The translations under genes were made by a program, and so were the position numbers. Of a DNA stretch of 64,000 nt, positions 27,550 to 36,210 are shown piece after piece. The DNA lies in IMG/VR virus record IMGVR_UViG_3300046542_000291, positions 246,397 to 310,396 of that record; one strand, 5' to 3'. The first letter of the stretch is position 1; each line of letters begins with the position of its first letter. A model generated the notes under the pieces. That model did no database searches. It was given only the letters and a program-made list of their open reading frames with translations, and was not told the origin of the DNA.

Positions 27550-27990
27550 TCACCCTTCACGCTCGGTAGCAGCAAGGATTTCAGACACTTCGGTCTGTAC
27601 CTTGATGAATTCACTGCGGGAAGCCAGCCACTGAGCCATGGTGAATTCACCAGTGGTCATGTTGTCTTGCGAAGTCTGCGAGCAGAAGGCTGCTTGAACC
27701 AGCGAAGGATCAGCAATGCCCAGGACCAACTCGTAACGGATACGGGTCAGTGTCTTGAACAGCTCTTGTGCCATCTTGGTATCGACGGCAACGTTCTCGT
27801 TGACCGAGTTCAGAATGTCACGGAAGAACTTCATGTTCTGGTCAGCGAATTCTTCGTGGGTCATCTGCATGTTCAGGGGCAGATGGAAGGCGATAGCGTG
27901 GGCCACGAACATGGCACGCGCCAACCGGTCATTACCGGAAGGCGACTTGATTTCTTTCATGCGTTGAGCAATGAGGTAACCGGTTCTCAT
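27550..27990 (-). CDS. hypothetical (probable virion) protein
   Basis: 146-aa ORF in the late operon. Confidence 0.6.
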   Translation of the reverse strand: MRTGYLIAQRMKEIKSPSGNDRLARAMFVAHAIAFHLPLNMQMTHEEFADQNMKFFRDILNSVNENVAVDTKMAQELFKTLTRIRYELVLGIADPSLVQAAFCSQTSQDNMTTGEFTMAQWLASRSEFIKVQTEVSEILAATEREG

Positions 27991-28002
27991 GGTTCTGATC
28001 TC

Positions 28003-29232
28003 TTAGGCGTTCTTGTAGCGATACGCGTCTACAAAAAGTGGGTTGTTCATAAGGTCTTCCAGGTTCTCTTCGTGTTTCATGAGAGCCTGCTCACGTCGCA
28101 ATGACGGAGTGAAGAATTGCTGGAGCTTGTCGAAGAACGTTCGGTTGAGGTTGTACTCAGCCAGGATGTCTTCCACCGCCTTGATATCCTCCGCAATGCC
28201 ATCCTTCAGTGAGTTGTCACTGATGTGCTTCAGTTGGAAGATCAGGTCTTTACGAATCTTGTTGATTCGCTCCTGTGGATTGTCGTACAGGTCCATGCCA
28301 TTCATTTCAGAAGCGCCGGTCGAGAAGACCAGCCACAGAACGGTGAACGGGATGAAGGTGACTGCCAGCATAAGCTTAGCGATCAGACCCAACCAACTGG
28401 AACTGTTATCCAACTCGGCACCGAACGTCTTGTACAAGCGATGCAAACCCGAGGCCAGTGCCTTACCGTAACCCAGGCGCGTAGCGAACATGTCCGCCAT
28501 TTGCTCTTCACGTTTCAGTGCAGTAGCCGGGTTATCGAACAGGTAGTGGCGTGGAGCTTTCTTCCAAGCCGACAGGATAGCGCGCTTGACCACGTCCGGA
28601 GAGCGGTGGTTGGCGAACTGATCACGTTGGTCAACTGGAATGTTCTTGGCCAGCCAGGTAGCGTCCAAGACTTCCAATTGGAACTCGTTACGCTTGTTAC
28701 CCAGAACCACGTCGATGCCGTCAGCCAGCATGTAGTTCAGATAGATGTAGTCGCCGAGTGTGGTGAACACGTTGAATGCGTGACCACACTCATGCAGGAG
28801 AATACCGGTAACTTCTTTGGTGGTCCAGCCTTGAGCTTCATTATAGAAAGCTTGGCCGATGTTGCAAGTGAACTTGACCCGATCAACCATAGGCCCAGAG
28901 ACCGTGAGGTTCTTCAGGTCAACTTTGGCCACTTCTTTCAGACCGACCTTAGGGGTCATGTCTGCTCGCCAGTATTGGGAGAAACCGGTGCCTTGGTGGC
29001 CAGCGTAGTTCCAGGTCATCATCCAGGCGTCGACACCAGGAGTCGAGATGAACTTTACGTTGAGGCCGGTGTGTTTCACGATGTCGCTGAGTTCACGCAG
29101 CATGTCTGGATCGATGACACGATAGTCAGTCCAGCTCCGGCGAATCTTTTCGACCTGAGCTTCGATAAGCTTGCCGAACTCACGGGTCACATCAATCGAG
29201 ATGACCTCGTTGGAGATAGTGTTATTGCTCAT
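28003..29232 (-). CDS. probable virion protein with M48-like zinc metallopeptidase motifs and a TM hairpin
   Basis: ILLHECGH (HEXXH), EEQMADMFATRLGYG and a hydrophobic stretch WLGLIAKLMLAVTFIPFTVLWLVF. Confidence 0.65.
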   Translation of the reverse strand: MSNNTISNEVISIDVTREFGKLIEAQVEKIRRSWTDYRVIDPDMLRELSDIVKHTGLNVKFISTPGVDAWMMTWNYAGHQGTGFSQYWRADMTPKVGLKEVAKVDLKNLTVSGPMVDRVKFTCNIGQAFYNEAQGWTTKEVTGILLHECGHAFNVFTTLGDYIYLNYMLADGIDVVLGNKRNEFQLEVLDATWLAKNIPVDQRDQFANHRSPDVVKRAILSAWKKAPRHYLFDNPATALKREEQMADMFATRLGYGKALASGLHRLYKTFGAELDNSSSWLGLIAKLMLAVTFIPFTVLWLVFSTGASEMNGMDLYDNPQERINKIRKDLIFQLKHISDNSLKDGIAEDIKAVEDILAEYNLNRTFFDKLQQFFTPSLRREQALMKHEENLEDLMNNPLFVDAYRYKNA

Positions 29233-29343
29233 GGCATTGCCCTAGGGGGTGAATGTGATTAATCATAAAGATAAGGACAGGAGGAAATACTTGCGATGGT
29301 TATCCTACGTGTTTAACTGTAACTTGGCCTGGGGTGTTTTGTA

Positions 29344-31293
29344 ATGTCGGATATTTCTTTTACCAAGGAAGACATTAAAGGTTACGAAGCAAAGCACATC
29401 ACTTATGTCACGGACCAGTTCGGCAGACAGCATGATGCGCATTTTGTAAAAGAGATCATCCACCTTAAGGATGGTCGTAAGATCCCTCACTTACGTAAGT
29501 GGGAGGACTACCAACGTCCATACTGGATTACACAGAAGGGTCGTCAGAACCACCAAGAGAAGAAAGACTACGAAGTAGAGGAGAACCTCACTCGTTACAT
29601 GTCTTCGCAGATCATGATGCCTTCAGCGATTGCTAAGGCGTTGAATGATTACTCGATGGGTCCACGACCACGACTGAAACAGTTGGCGCGTTCTCCGTAC
29701 CTGTACGGTGCGGATGTGAGTTCGGCATGTTGCTTAAAGAACGCATACCAGACTCGATTCCCTGGCCTGATCTCCGGTAACACGGTAGCAGGTGGCGACA
29801 TTGAGACCAACGTCTACGAGTCAGATCGTGACGGTGAAATCATTTGTATGTCCGTTACACATAAAAGCAATGTCTATCTGGCGTATCTGAAACGTTGGGT
29901 GCATGACATTGACGATCCAGTAAAGGAAACTCTGGATGGTATTGATTCGATGCCTGAGTTGGCGGCATTGAAGAGAGCACGGGGATTGAACGTTGAAGTG
30001 GAAGTCTGTGAGACTCCTGCGGATATCGTGATCCAGTGTCTCAAGCGCCTGCACACATGGAAGCCTGACTTCTTTGCTTTCTGGAACATCGAGTTCGACA
30101 TGACTCGCATGCTGAAAGCGTTGAACGACTACGGTGTTGATCCGAAGGATGTATTCTCGGACGAATCGATTCCAACTAATTATCGCTACTTTCACTTCAA
30201 GAAAGATCAGGCGATGATGACCACGGCTTCGGGTGTCACGAAGTCACGTGGACCTGAGGATCAGTGGCATTGGATTACAGCTCCGGCTTCGTTCCAGTGC
30301 ATCGACATGATGGCGACCTACCGGGTAACGCGTCTGTCGAAAGGTAAGGAACCGAGTTATGCCCTGCAGCGGATTCTTCGTAAGGAGTTAGACGTTTCAG
30401 AGAAGGTAACGATTGTTGGTCCAGATGACTTGGCTAAGTTCCATGCAAAATGTGACAAGCTGATCGAAGGTTCCAACGGTGGGTATCCGTACTGGTTCTT
30501 GAATGACAAGCAAGTGGATTGCTTGACTGAAGGTAGTGTGAACGTCGGTGACAAGGTTCACATGTCGATTGACTTCGGTAAGTTGAACTTCCCAGAAGCC
30601 GACCACTTGACAGGGATCGAGTGGCACCGTTTCATGCAAACGAAGCACAAGATCAAATACGGTCTTTACAACATCATCGACAGTATGCGTCTGGAACAAC
30701 TGGACGAGAAGATCAACGACCTGGAACGCTCCGTGACGTTGTTCTCGAAATCTTCGGATTACAAGAACTTCTCCTCCAACCCTAAGCGTCTGGTTGACGA
30801 CATGCACTTCTGGTACTTGAAGCGTGGCCAAGTAATTGGTACGTCTTCGGATCAGATGGTTCACGATCTCGACAAGTACGTGGTGGATCACAAGGAATGG
30901 ATTGTTACTCTGCCCAGTTACATGGCGGGGCAGCATGGCATCAGGTGTATTAAGGATCTTCCTGACTACTGTACGTTAATCTTTGTTCACGTCGCCGACT
31001 TGGACATTGTATCGACTTATCCGAACGTTAGTCAGATCCTGAACATTGCTCGTGAAACAACCGTGATGGAATTCTCTGCTATCGAGGGGGTACCTGAACG
31101 GATCAGGCGTGCTGTCGGGGTGAACTTGACGGCAGGTCGTGTGAACTCAATTGAGATTACACAGCAAGTCATGGGTGCTCCACGTTTGGACAATCTGTTG
31201 GCCGCTTACGCTGCGAAACGTGCAGGTGTGGCAATCAACCCATCGTCGAACGAGGACTCCATCGAAAAGAAGTCGGTTCCGGTGGCAGCGTAG
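29344..31293 (+). CDS. family B DNA polymerase, split subunit with 3'-5' exonuclease and motif A (phiKZ gp82-like)
   Basis: GDIET (ExoI), FWNIEFD (ExoII), YNIIDS (ExoIII) and DLDIVSTYPN (motif A). Motifs B and C are absent. Confidence 0.85.
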   Translation: MSDISFTKEDIKGYEAKHITYVTDQFGRQHDAHFVKEIIHLKDGRKIPHLRKWEDYQRPYWITQKGRQNHQEKKDYEVEENLTRYMSSQIMMPSAIAKALNDYSMGPRPRLKQLARSPYLYGADVSSACCLKNAYQTRFPGLISGNTVAGGDIETNVYESDRDGEIICMSVTHKSNVYLAYLKRWVHDIDDPVKETLDGIDSMPELAALKRARGLNVEVEVCETPADIVIQCLKRLHTWKPDFFAFWNIEFDMTRMLKALNDYGVDPKDVFSDESIPTNYRYFHFKKDQAMMTTASGVTKSRGPEDQWHWITAPASFQCIDMMATYRVTRLSKGKEPSYALQRILRKELDVSEKVTIVGPDDLAKFHAKCDKLIEGSNGGYPYWFLNDKQVDCLTEGSVNVGDKVHMSIDFGKLNFPEADHLTGIEWHRFMQTKHKIKYGLYNIIDSMRLEQLDEKINDLERSVTLFSKSSDYKNFSSNPKRLVDDMHFWYLKRGQVIGTSSDQMVHDLDKYVVDHKEWIVTLPSYMAGQHGIRCIKDLPDYCTLIFVHVADLDIVSTYPNVSQILNIARETTVMEFSAIEGVPERIRRAVGVNLTAGRVNSIEITQQVMGAPRLDNLLAAYAAKRAGVAINPSSNEDSIEKKSVPVAA

Positions 31294-31639
31294 AGGTGGG
31301 TACGAGTGTAGCAGCGTAGGGGACACGAGGTTCTCAGCAATGTTCGCTCGTATGCCCGATGGGCGAACCATTGAAGCTCATTATCAGTGTGACATTAAAG
31401 GACATGCTCCTGGGTCCAGTGATTGGAGACTAGGGAAGGGTAAGCCGCCGTTAGATACATCCATAGACACCTGGGCTGCTTACAAGCAGCTTTGGGTAGA
31501 GTGGGCACGGCATAACCCAGAACTTATCTCGGAGCTGTCTATAGTGGCTTCGGCTAACGACAACGTGCTATCGGACGTCTTTGCGAATACGGACATCTCA
31601 CAAGCGAGAGCTTTGTGTGAAATCCTAAACGCGGCATAA
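31220..31639 (+). CDS. NADAR-like hypothetical protein overlapping the polymerase 3' end (start uncertain, GTG 31220/31226)
   Basis: YECSSVGDTRFSAMFARMPDGRTIEAHYQCDIKG...RLGKGK; resembles the NADAR 'S..F...T.E..YQ..K' core. Confidence 0.5.
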   Translation: MQVWQSTHRRTRTPSKRSRFRWQRRGGYECSSVGDTRFSAMFARMPDGRTIEAHYQCDIKGHAPGSSDWRLGKGKPPLDTSIDTWAAYKQLWVEWARHNPELISELSIVASANDNVLSDVFANTDISQARALCEILNAA

Positions 31640-31670
31640 TCGCCCCTCCTTCGGGAGGGGCTTTATGTCG
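31632..31670. terminator. bidirectional terminator
   Basis: cggcataatc-gcccctcc-ttcg-ggaggggc-tttatgtcg between convergent genes. Confidence 0.85.
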
Positions 31671-32882
31671 TTACGGAATGAGTTCCAGAATTGGACGCCA
31701 TGCGTAACCAGAAGTACCAGGGGAACCATCGTTGGTTGGCCAAGCGCTACCAATCGAAGTATAACCCCGAGTGCTACCGTCAAAAGTGTGTGCAAGACCG
31801 CCAGCAATTACGCCGCCAGTGCAAGTACCCAGTTGCGCATCTGTGTAAGCTGCCCAACCCAACGTGTTAACCGATACGTACGTGTTTCCGTACACGCCGT
31901 ACATGTAGCGGTTCCATTCCGCTTCCGTCAAGAGACGGCACTTGTATTGCTTACCAGCGATTGTAACCGTCTTACCCGCAGCCGTGTTGCCAAGACCAGC
32001 GGTGTTCAGACTCGCTCGTGTACACTTGTCTCGAATAGACTTCTGGGCAACGTATACCTCTTTGCCATTGTCCTCGATGAAGTGCATCCACGGTGTAGCG
32101 TCGTCCATCAATGTACCGAAGGAGTAGCTAACCAATGTGGAGAGAGCAGATGGAGTAATGAAGCTTGCGGCCGCCACAAGGCCTTTATACGGAGTTGGCG
32201 GCAGTGTTGATTTCTTAATCAGCATAGGACGCCAACCATACCAGACCTGAGGTGTATTTGGTTGGATGTACCAAAGACCCATAATGTTCGGGTCTTGGGA
32301 ATCTGTCCACGTATTACCCCGTGTAGCGTGACCCCCCTGTGAAACAGCTTCAGCCATAACCGAATGGGTGTAAGGGTCTTGTGAAACACGTGTATCCGAC
32401 AGCCCCAACATGTATTCAGTGTAAGGTCCCCAATTCTCAGTGCCGGCTGGCAATGAGCCTTTATGCTGGCCGCCGTAAACATTGTACATGTAACGGTTCC
32501 AGTCGCCCCCACGGTTACCCGGGGAAGCTGCTACCCCATCGGCTGTCATGCCCTTCATGAACCTAACGACGTACACTTCGCCATTGATGGTAAGTTCGGC
32601 AGCCTGCTGGCGGGTATTGATTTCTTCCCACGTGATGTTGTAGCGCAATGGCTTCTTAGCAATGTAAAGTTCTTGGCCGCCGGTTTCGATGAAGTGTAGC
32701 CAACCAGCATCGCTATTGACTCCAGTGCCTTGTGTTAAGTTGATAGCGGCCGCAAGAGCTGACCCTGTGATGAATTCACTCGACCTCACCACGCCCTTGA
32801 AAGGTGTTCCCGTGGGGTAGGGTAAGTCGGAGTTATCAGGTAGTCCAATGAAACTACCTGAACTTAACATGCATTCAAACAT
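31671..32882 (-). CDS. virion accessory/fibre-like protein with two tandem C-type-lectin-like repeats
   Basis: Two repeats starting TP(F/Y)KG.V....FIT and ending Y(G/A)WRP(M/I)L. Confidence 0.65.
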   Translation of the reverse strand: MFECMLSSGSFIGLPDNSDLPYPTGTPFKGVVRSSEFITGSALAAAINLTQGTGVNSDAGWLHFIETGGQELYIAKKPLRYNITWEEINTRQQAAELTINGEVYVVRFMKGMTADGVAASPGNRGGDWNRYMYNVYGGQHKGSLPAGTENWGPYTEYMLGLSDTRVSQDPYTHSVMAEAVSQGGHATRGNTWTDSQDPNIMGLWYIQPNTPQVWYGWRPMLIKKSTLPPTPYKGLVAAASFITPSALSTLVSYSFGTLMDDATPWMHFIEDNGKEVYVAQKSIRDKCTRASLNTAGLGNTAAGKTVTIAGKQYKCRLLTEAEWNRYMYGVYGNTYVSVNTLGWAAYTDAQLGTCTGGVIAGGLAHTFDGSTRGYTSIGSAWPTNDGSPGTSGYAWRPILELIP

Positions 32883-32894
32883 GATATCTCCAAG

Positions 32895-34448
32895 TTAAGG
32901 GGTATATTTCCAGCAGGCTGTGAAGTTGGTACCACCAGAGCCACCGAAGATATAGATGTCGTCACCCACACGTGCATAAGCCGAGTTATCAGCCATAGCC
33001 CATGGGATAGTACCCAGAGTTACCCAGGTATTACTGGATGGAACGTAACGCATAACTTTCGTTTGATCCGCAGCAACACCAGCCACACCACCAATGACGT
33101 AAACGCCTTGTTTGATGTAGAAGCTTACATGTCCGTAACGGGTACTTGGGACAGCTTGGCGAGCAGTCTGTACCGCGGTAGCTGTAACAATCGCGGTGTT
33201 GAGGGCGCTTGGAGAACCTGGGTAACCACCAGTGGCGTACAGCGTACCAAACGCGTCTGCCAAACCATAGAGCTGGTTACCGTAACTGCCGTAAGCTGTA
33301 CCCCAGGTCTTAGTGCCCAGATCGTAGCGTTGGAATGTGGTATTGTTACCGCCACCCGTTGTCAATCCACCGACAGCAATGAAGCCGTTTCCATCCACAA
33401 TGAGCTTATGTCTCGATCGAGCAGCAGCACTGCCCGTTGGCAATGTAGACCAACTATTCAAGACAGGATCGTACATGACAATGTCGTTTAGATAGGTCGC
33501 GCCGTTAACGCCACCGAAGGCATACATTTTCCCATCAATCGCAACTGCGTCATGCGATGCACGAGGGCTACCACTAACCAAAGCAGTAAACACTTTAGTT
33601 GCCGGGTCGAAGACGTGTAGTTGACCTTGGGTGGTGGTGTTCTGGTCGTACCCACCGTAGATATAAACCTTACCGTCAATCGCAACCGCACTCGCGCTTC
33701 GACGTTGAACAGGCATTACACCTTGATCTTCCCACGTGTCAGCGATCGTTGGTGGTGGAGGAACGTAGTCAAGGATTGGCCGCCAACCATAAGCGTTGCG
33801 ACCAAACCCGCCGTTACCTTCAGCTGCGTTGGCATCGTTGATAACCGTTTTACGTTGGATAACCGCGATACTCTGACCACCGCTGTAGTCACGTCCCCGG
33901 CCAGCATAAGCGTTTGCAATAGTGCTGTGTAGATCAGCACAAAGGGAAATAGTACCGAGTTGAGCTGCACCTTCTACCAAACCCAAATCGCGGTTAGTGT
34001 AGTAGGACCACTGAACACCAGCGGGCCTGTCTGCCCCACCGTAGATCGGATACATGTACTTATCCCATTCTCCACCAGATGGAACACTGATGATACTGCT
34101 GAATGGGTTTTGTGACATACCCGTCATCATACGGACTTTGTATTCTTTACCGGCGATGGTAACAGATTTACCGGCAACTTGTGCAGCAGCTGTCAGAGAA
34201 GCACCCGACATGCCGTAACGCACAGGTAAACGAGCGATGTAAAACTCATGCTCTCCATCGATGTAGTGTAACCAACCAGCATCGACGTTGAATGGTGTAC
34301 CCTCGGTAAGACCAACCAATGCAGCTAGGTCATCCCCTTTTACAAAAGAGGTTGAAGTAACAAAACCTTTGTAGGGTGTACCGGGTACAACAGCTGGGGG
34401 TTCAAAAACGTAACCTGTCGCCCCAGCAGTAATTAATTGTTCGAGCAT
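32895..34448 (-). CDS. virion accessory protein: the same repeat fused to a Kelch beta-propeller
   Basis: N-domain TPYKGFV...YGWRPIL; Kelch blades DGKVYIYGG, DGKMYAFGG, FIAVGG, LYATGG, VYVIGG, DIYIFGG. Confidence 0.8.
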   Translation of the reverse strand: MLEQLITAGATGYVFEPPAVVPGTPYKGFVTSTSFVKGDDLAALVGLTEGTPFNVDAGWLHYIDGEHEFYIARLPVRYGMSGASLTAAAQVAGKSVTIAGKEYKVRMMTGMSQNPFSSIISVPSGGEWDKYMYPIYGGADRPAGVQWSYYTNRDLGLVEGAAQLGTISLCADLHSTIANAYAGRGRDYSGGQSIAVIQRKTVINDANAAEGNGGFGRNAYGWRPILDYVPPPPTIADTWEDQGVMPVQRRSASAVAIDGKVYIYGGYDQNTTTQGQLHVFDPATKVFTALVSGSPRASHDAVAIDGKMYAFGGVNGATYLNDIVMYDPVLNSWSTLPTGSAAARSRHKLIVDGNGFIAVGGLTTGGGNNTTFQRYDLGTKTWGTAYGSYGNQLYGLADAFGTLYATGGYPGSPSALNTAIVTATAVQTARQAVPSTRYGHVSFYIKQGVYVIGGVAGVAADQTKVMRYVPSSNTWVTLGTIPWAMADNSAYARVGDDIYIFGGSGGTNFTACWKYTP

Positions 34449-34494
34449 AGTAACCTCGGTAATTGTTCAGATACACAGGATAAGACGGCATAAA

Positions 34495-34512
34495 GCCTCC
34501 CCTAGGGGAGGC
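34495..34512 (-). terminator. intrinsic terminator
   Basis: gcctccc-ctag-gggaggc followed by TTTATGCCG on the minus strand. Confidence 0.75.
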
Positions 34513-34518
34513 CGTATG

Positions 34519-36141
34519 TTAGCAGTACTTCTGGAAGAATTCCAGCAGCCAGTTCTGACGATCGTGAGGGAACTTACGCAGTTCGCTCGGCACGTCACAT
34601 TGCTTCTTGCTCAGACCGCTCGGGTCGGTATGAACCACGAACAGTTGCAGCAGAGTGATGTGGGTGTCCTGGATGTTGTTCTCGAGCTTCAGGCTACCCG
34701 TGAAGCGGTAGATGTAGGTGCCTTCGAACAGACCGGCACGGTTCGCGCCAACGAAGTCACGGACCTTGGCCATGGCCAGCATGAAGCCTTTCGGGTCTTC
34801 GAGTTTCAGGATGTAGCGGAACAGGTTGTCCAGCTGGCGTTGTTCAACAGCACCCTTTTCAGGGGAGCATGGTTGACCTGGTTTGCAGGCGTCGTAGTAG
34901 CGTTTCAGCTGACCGTCGATATAACTTACGTTCATTGCAGTGAGTCCATCTGGGATAGTCGATGCTGCGACCACAGGCGTCGCTTGAGCGAGCGTGTTGA
35001 CCGGAGCGGGTTCTGCGGTTTGGGGTTCGCCGACCAACTTCACGCCCGTGGCGTTTTGGCTATTCTTCCAGGAACGGATGATAGCTTGTGGGTCATTGGA
35101 TTGAACACCCAGGTTCAGTCGGGTGTTGAATTCCATTGCGACGGTAACGTCAGTGGCTTGACCACCAGCACGGATTTCACCTACAGCCCAGGCTTCGAGT
35201 TCCTGAGTGGTCCAGTCTTTGGCCGGACGCTGAGTACGGGTGACGTCGTTCTTCCAGGCGCCGTTGGTGGTCTTGGCCGGGACGATACCTTGCTTCAGGT
35301 TGTCGATCAGTTCACGAGCAGACCATGCCGCCGAGATTGGAACCAGCTGACGATACGCCTTGACGATGGCGCCGTAATGACTTTCGTCAATGCCATCCAG
35401 ACGATCTTCGATACCGTCAAGCAGTTCATCGGCTTGCCAGGAAACAATCGCACGGCCATCAGCCGGTTGGTTGATCAGTCCGGTACCACGGCCATTACCG
35501 GATTGGCGGGTGGGGTCAACAATGAAGCTACCACGTTCGGTCTTGCCGTCGATCGGGCCACCTGAGGCTACCCAGCTGTCGACGTCGGCATTGGTCCAGT
35601 GGCTGGGGATTCCGTGTTCGATTCCGAAAGCGGCGTAGTCGAATGCTGGTTCGCTCGGCGCTTCTTCCACGCCTGCAGCCCCTTCACCAATGGCTGGTTC
35701 CACAGCGACGACGTCATCGCCCCCTTTCGCATCTGCGTCATCTTCGCCTTCCTTCAGGATAGCGGTAGCTTCTTCGATCTTAGCGATCGTTTCGGCCGGG
35801 TTGTGTTCGATCATCCAGGCCACAGCCTGAGCGATGGTTTCGGACTCACCGGCTTCGGAGCGGAATTCGATTTCGGTGTAAGCCAGTGCTTCTTCACTGA
35901 AGACATCGTAGACAGGCTTGTCTTCGCTACCGTCCAGTGCGGCGAACCACTTGTCCAGGATTTCTTTGTCACCCTTCATGAAGAAGTCGATCGCCAGGTA
36001 AGCAGGCGAGTAACCACCAGGCTCGACTTGGTTCGTTGGGATGTCCTGGTTTTCTTCGAACTGTACCGGCTCAACGGCCGGGGTTTCACTGACGACAGGT
36101 GCAGGAGTGGAACGTTGGCGCAGTTTGCTGTTGTTACCCAT
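34519..36141 (-). CDS. conserved hypothetical protein with acidic N-terminus and internal W-repeats
   Basis: 540-aa ORF with strong phage codon usage and GAGG SD. Confidence 0.7.
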   Translation of the reverse strand: MGNNSKLRQRSTPAPVVSETPAVEPVQFEENQDIPTNQVEPGGYSPAYLAIDFFMKGDKEILDKWFAALDGSEDKPVYDVFSEEALAYTEIEFRSEAGESETIAQAVAWMIEHNPAETIAKIEEATAILKEGEDDADAKGGDDVVAVEPAIGEGAAGVEEAPSEPAFDYAAFGIEHGIPSHWTNADVDSWVASGGPIDGKTERGSFIVDPTRQSGNGRGTGLINQPADGRAIVSWQADELLDGIEDRLDGIDESHYGAIVKAYRQLVPISAAWSARELIDNLKQGIVPAKTTNGAWKNDVTRTQRPAKDWTTQELEAWAVGEIRAGGQATDVTVAMEFNTRLNLGVQSNDPQAIIRSWKNSQNATGVKLVGEPQTAEPAPVNTLAQATPVVAASTIPDGLTAMNVSYIDGQLKRYYDACKPGQPCSPEKGAVEQRQLDNLFRYILKLEDPKGFMLAMAKVRDFVGANRAGLFEGTYIYRFTGSLKLENNIQDTHITLLQLFVVHTDPSGLSKKQCDVPSELRKFPHDRQNWLLEFFQKYC

Positions 36142-36210
36142 TGTGGGAACCTCATTATTGAAACGGAAATAAGACGTAAGATTGGGGAACCCAGTAGATT
36201 CCCCTCTCCT

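Noticed and set aside
31250-31293. Frameshift fusion of the DNA polymerase to the downstream NADAR-like ORF at GAA AAG AAG
   Set aside because: The downstream ORF is in the +1 frame, not -1, and in-frame GTG starts exist. There is no convincing +1 shift signal.
31671-34448. Diversity-generating retroelement targeting the lectin-like GWRP ends
   Set aside because: No reverse transcriptase and no near-identical template repeat in the window.
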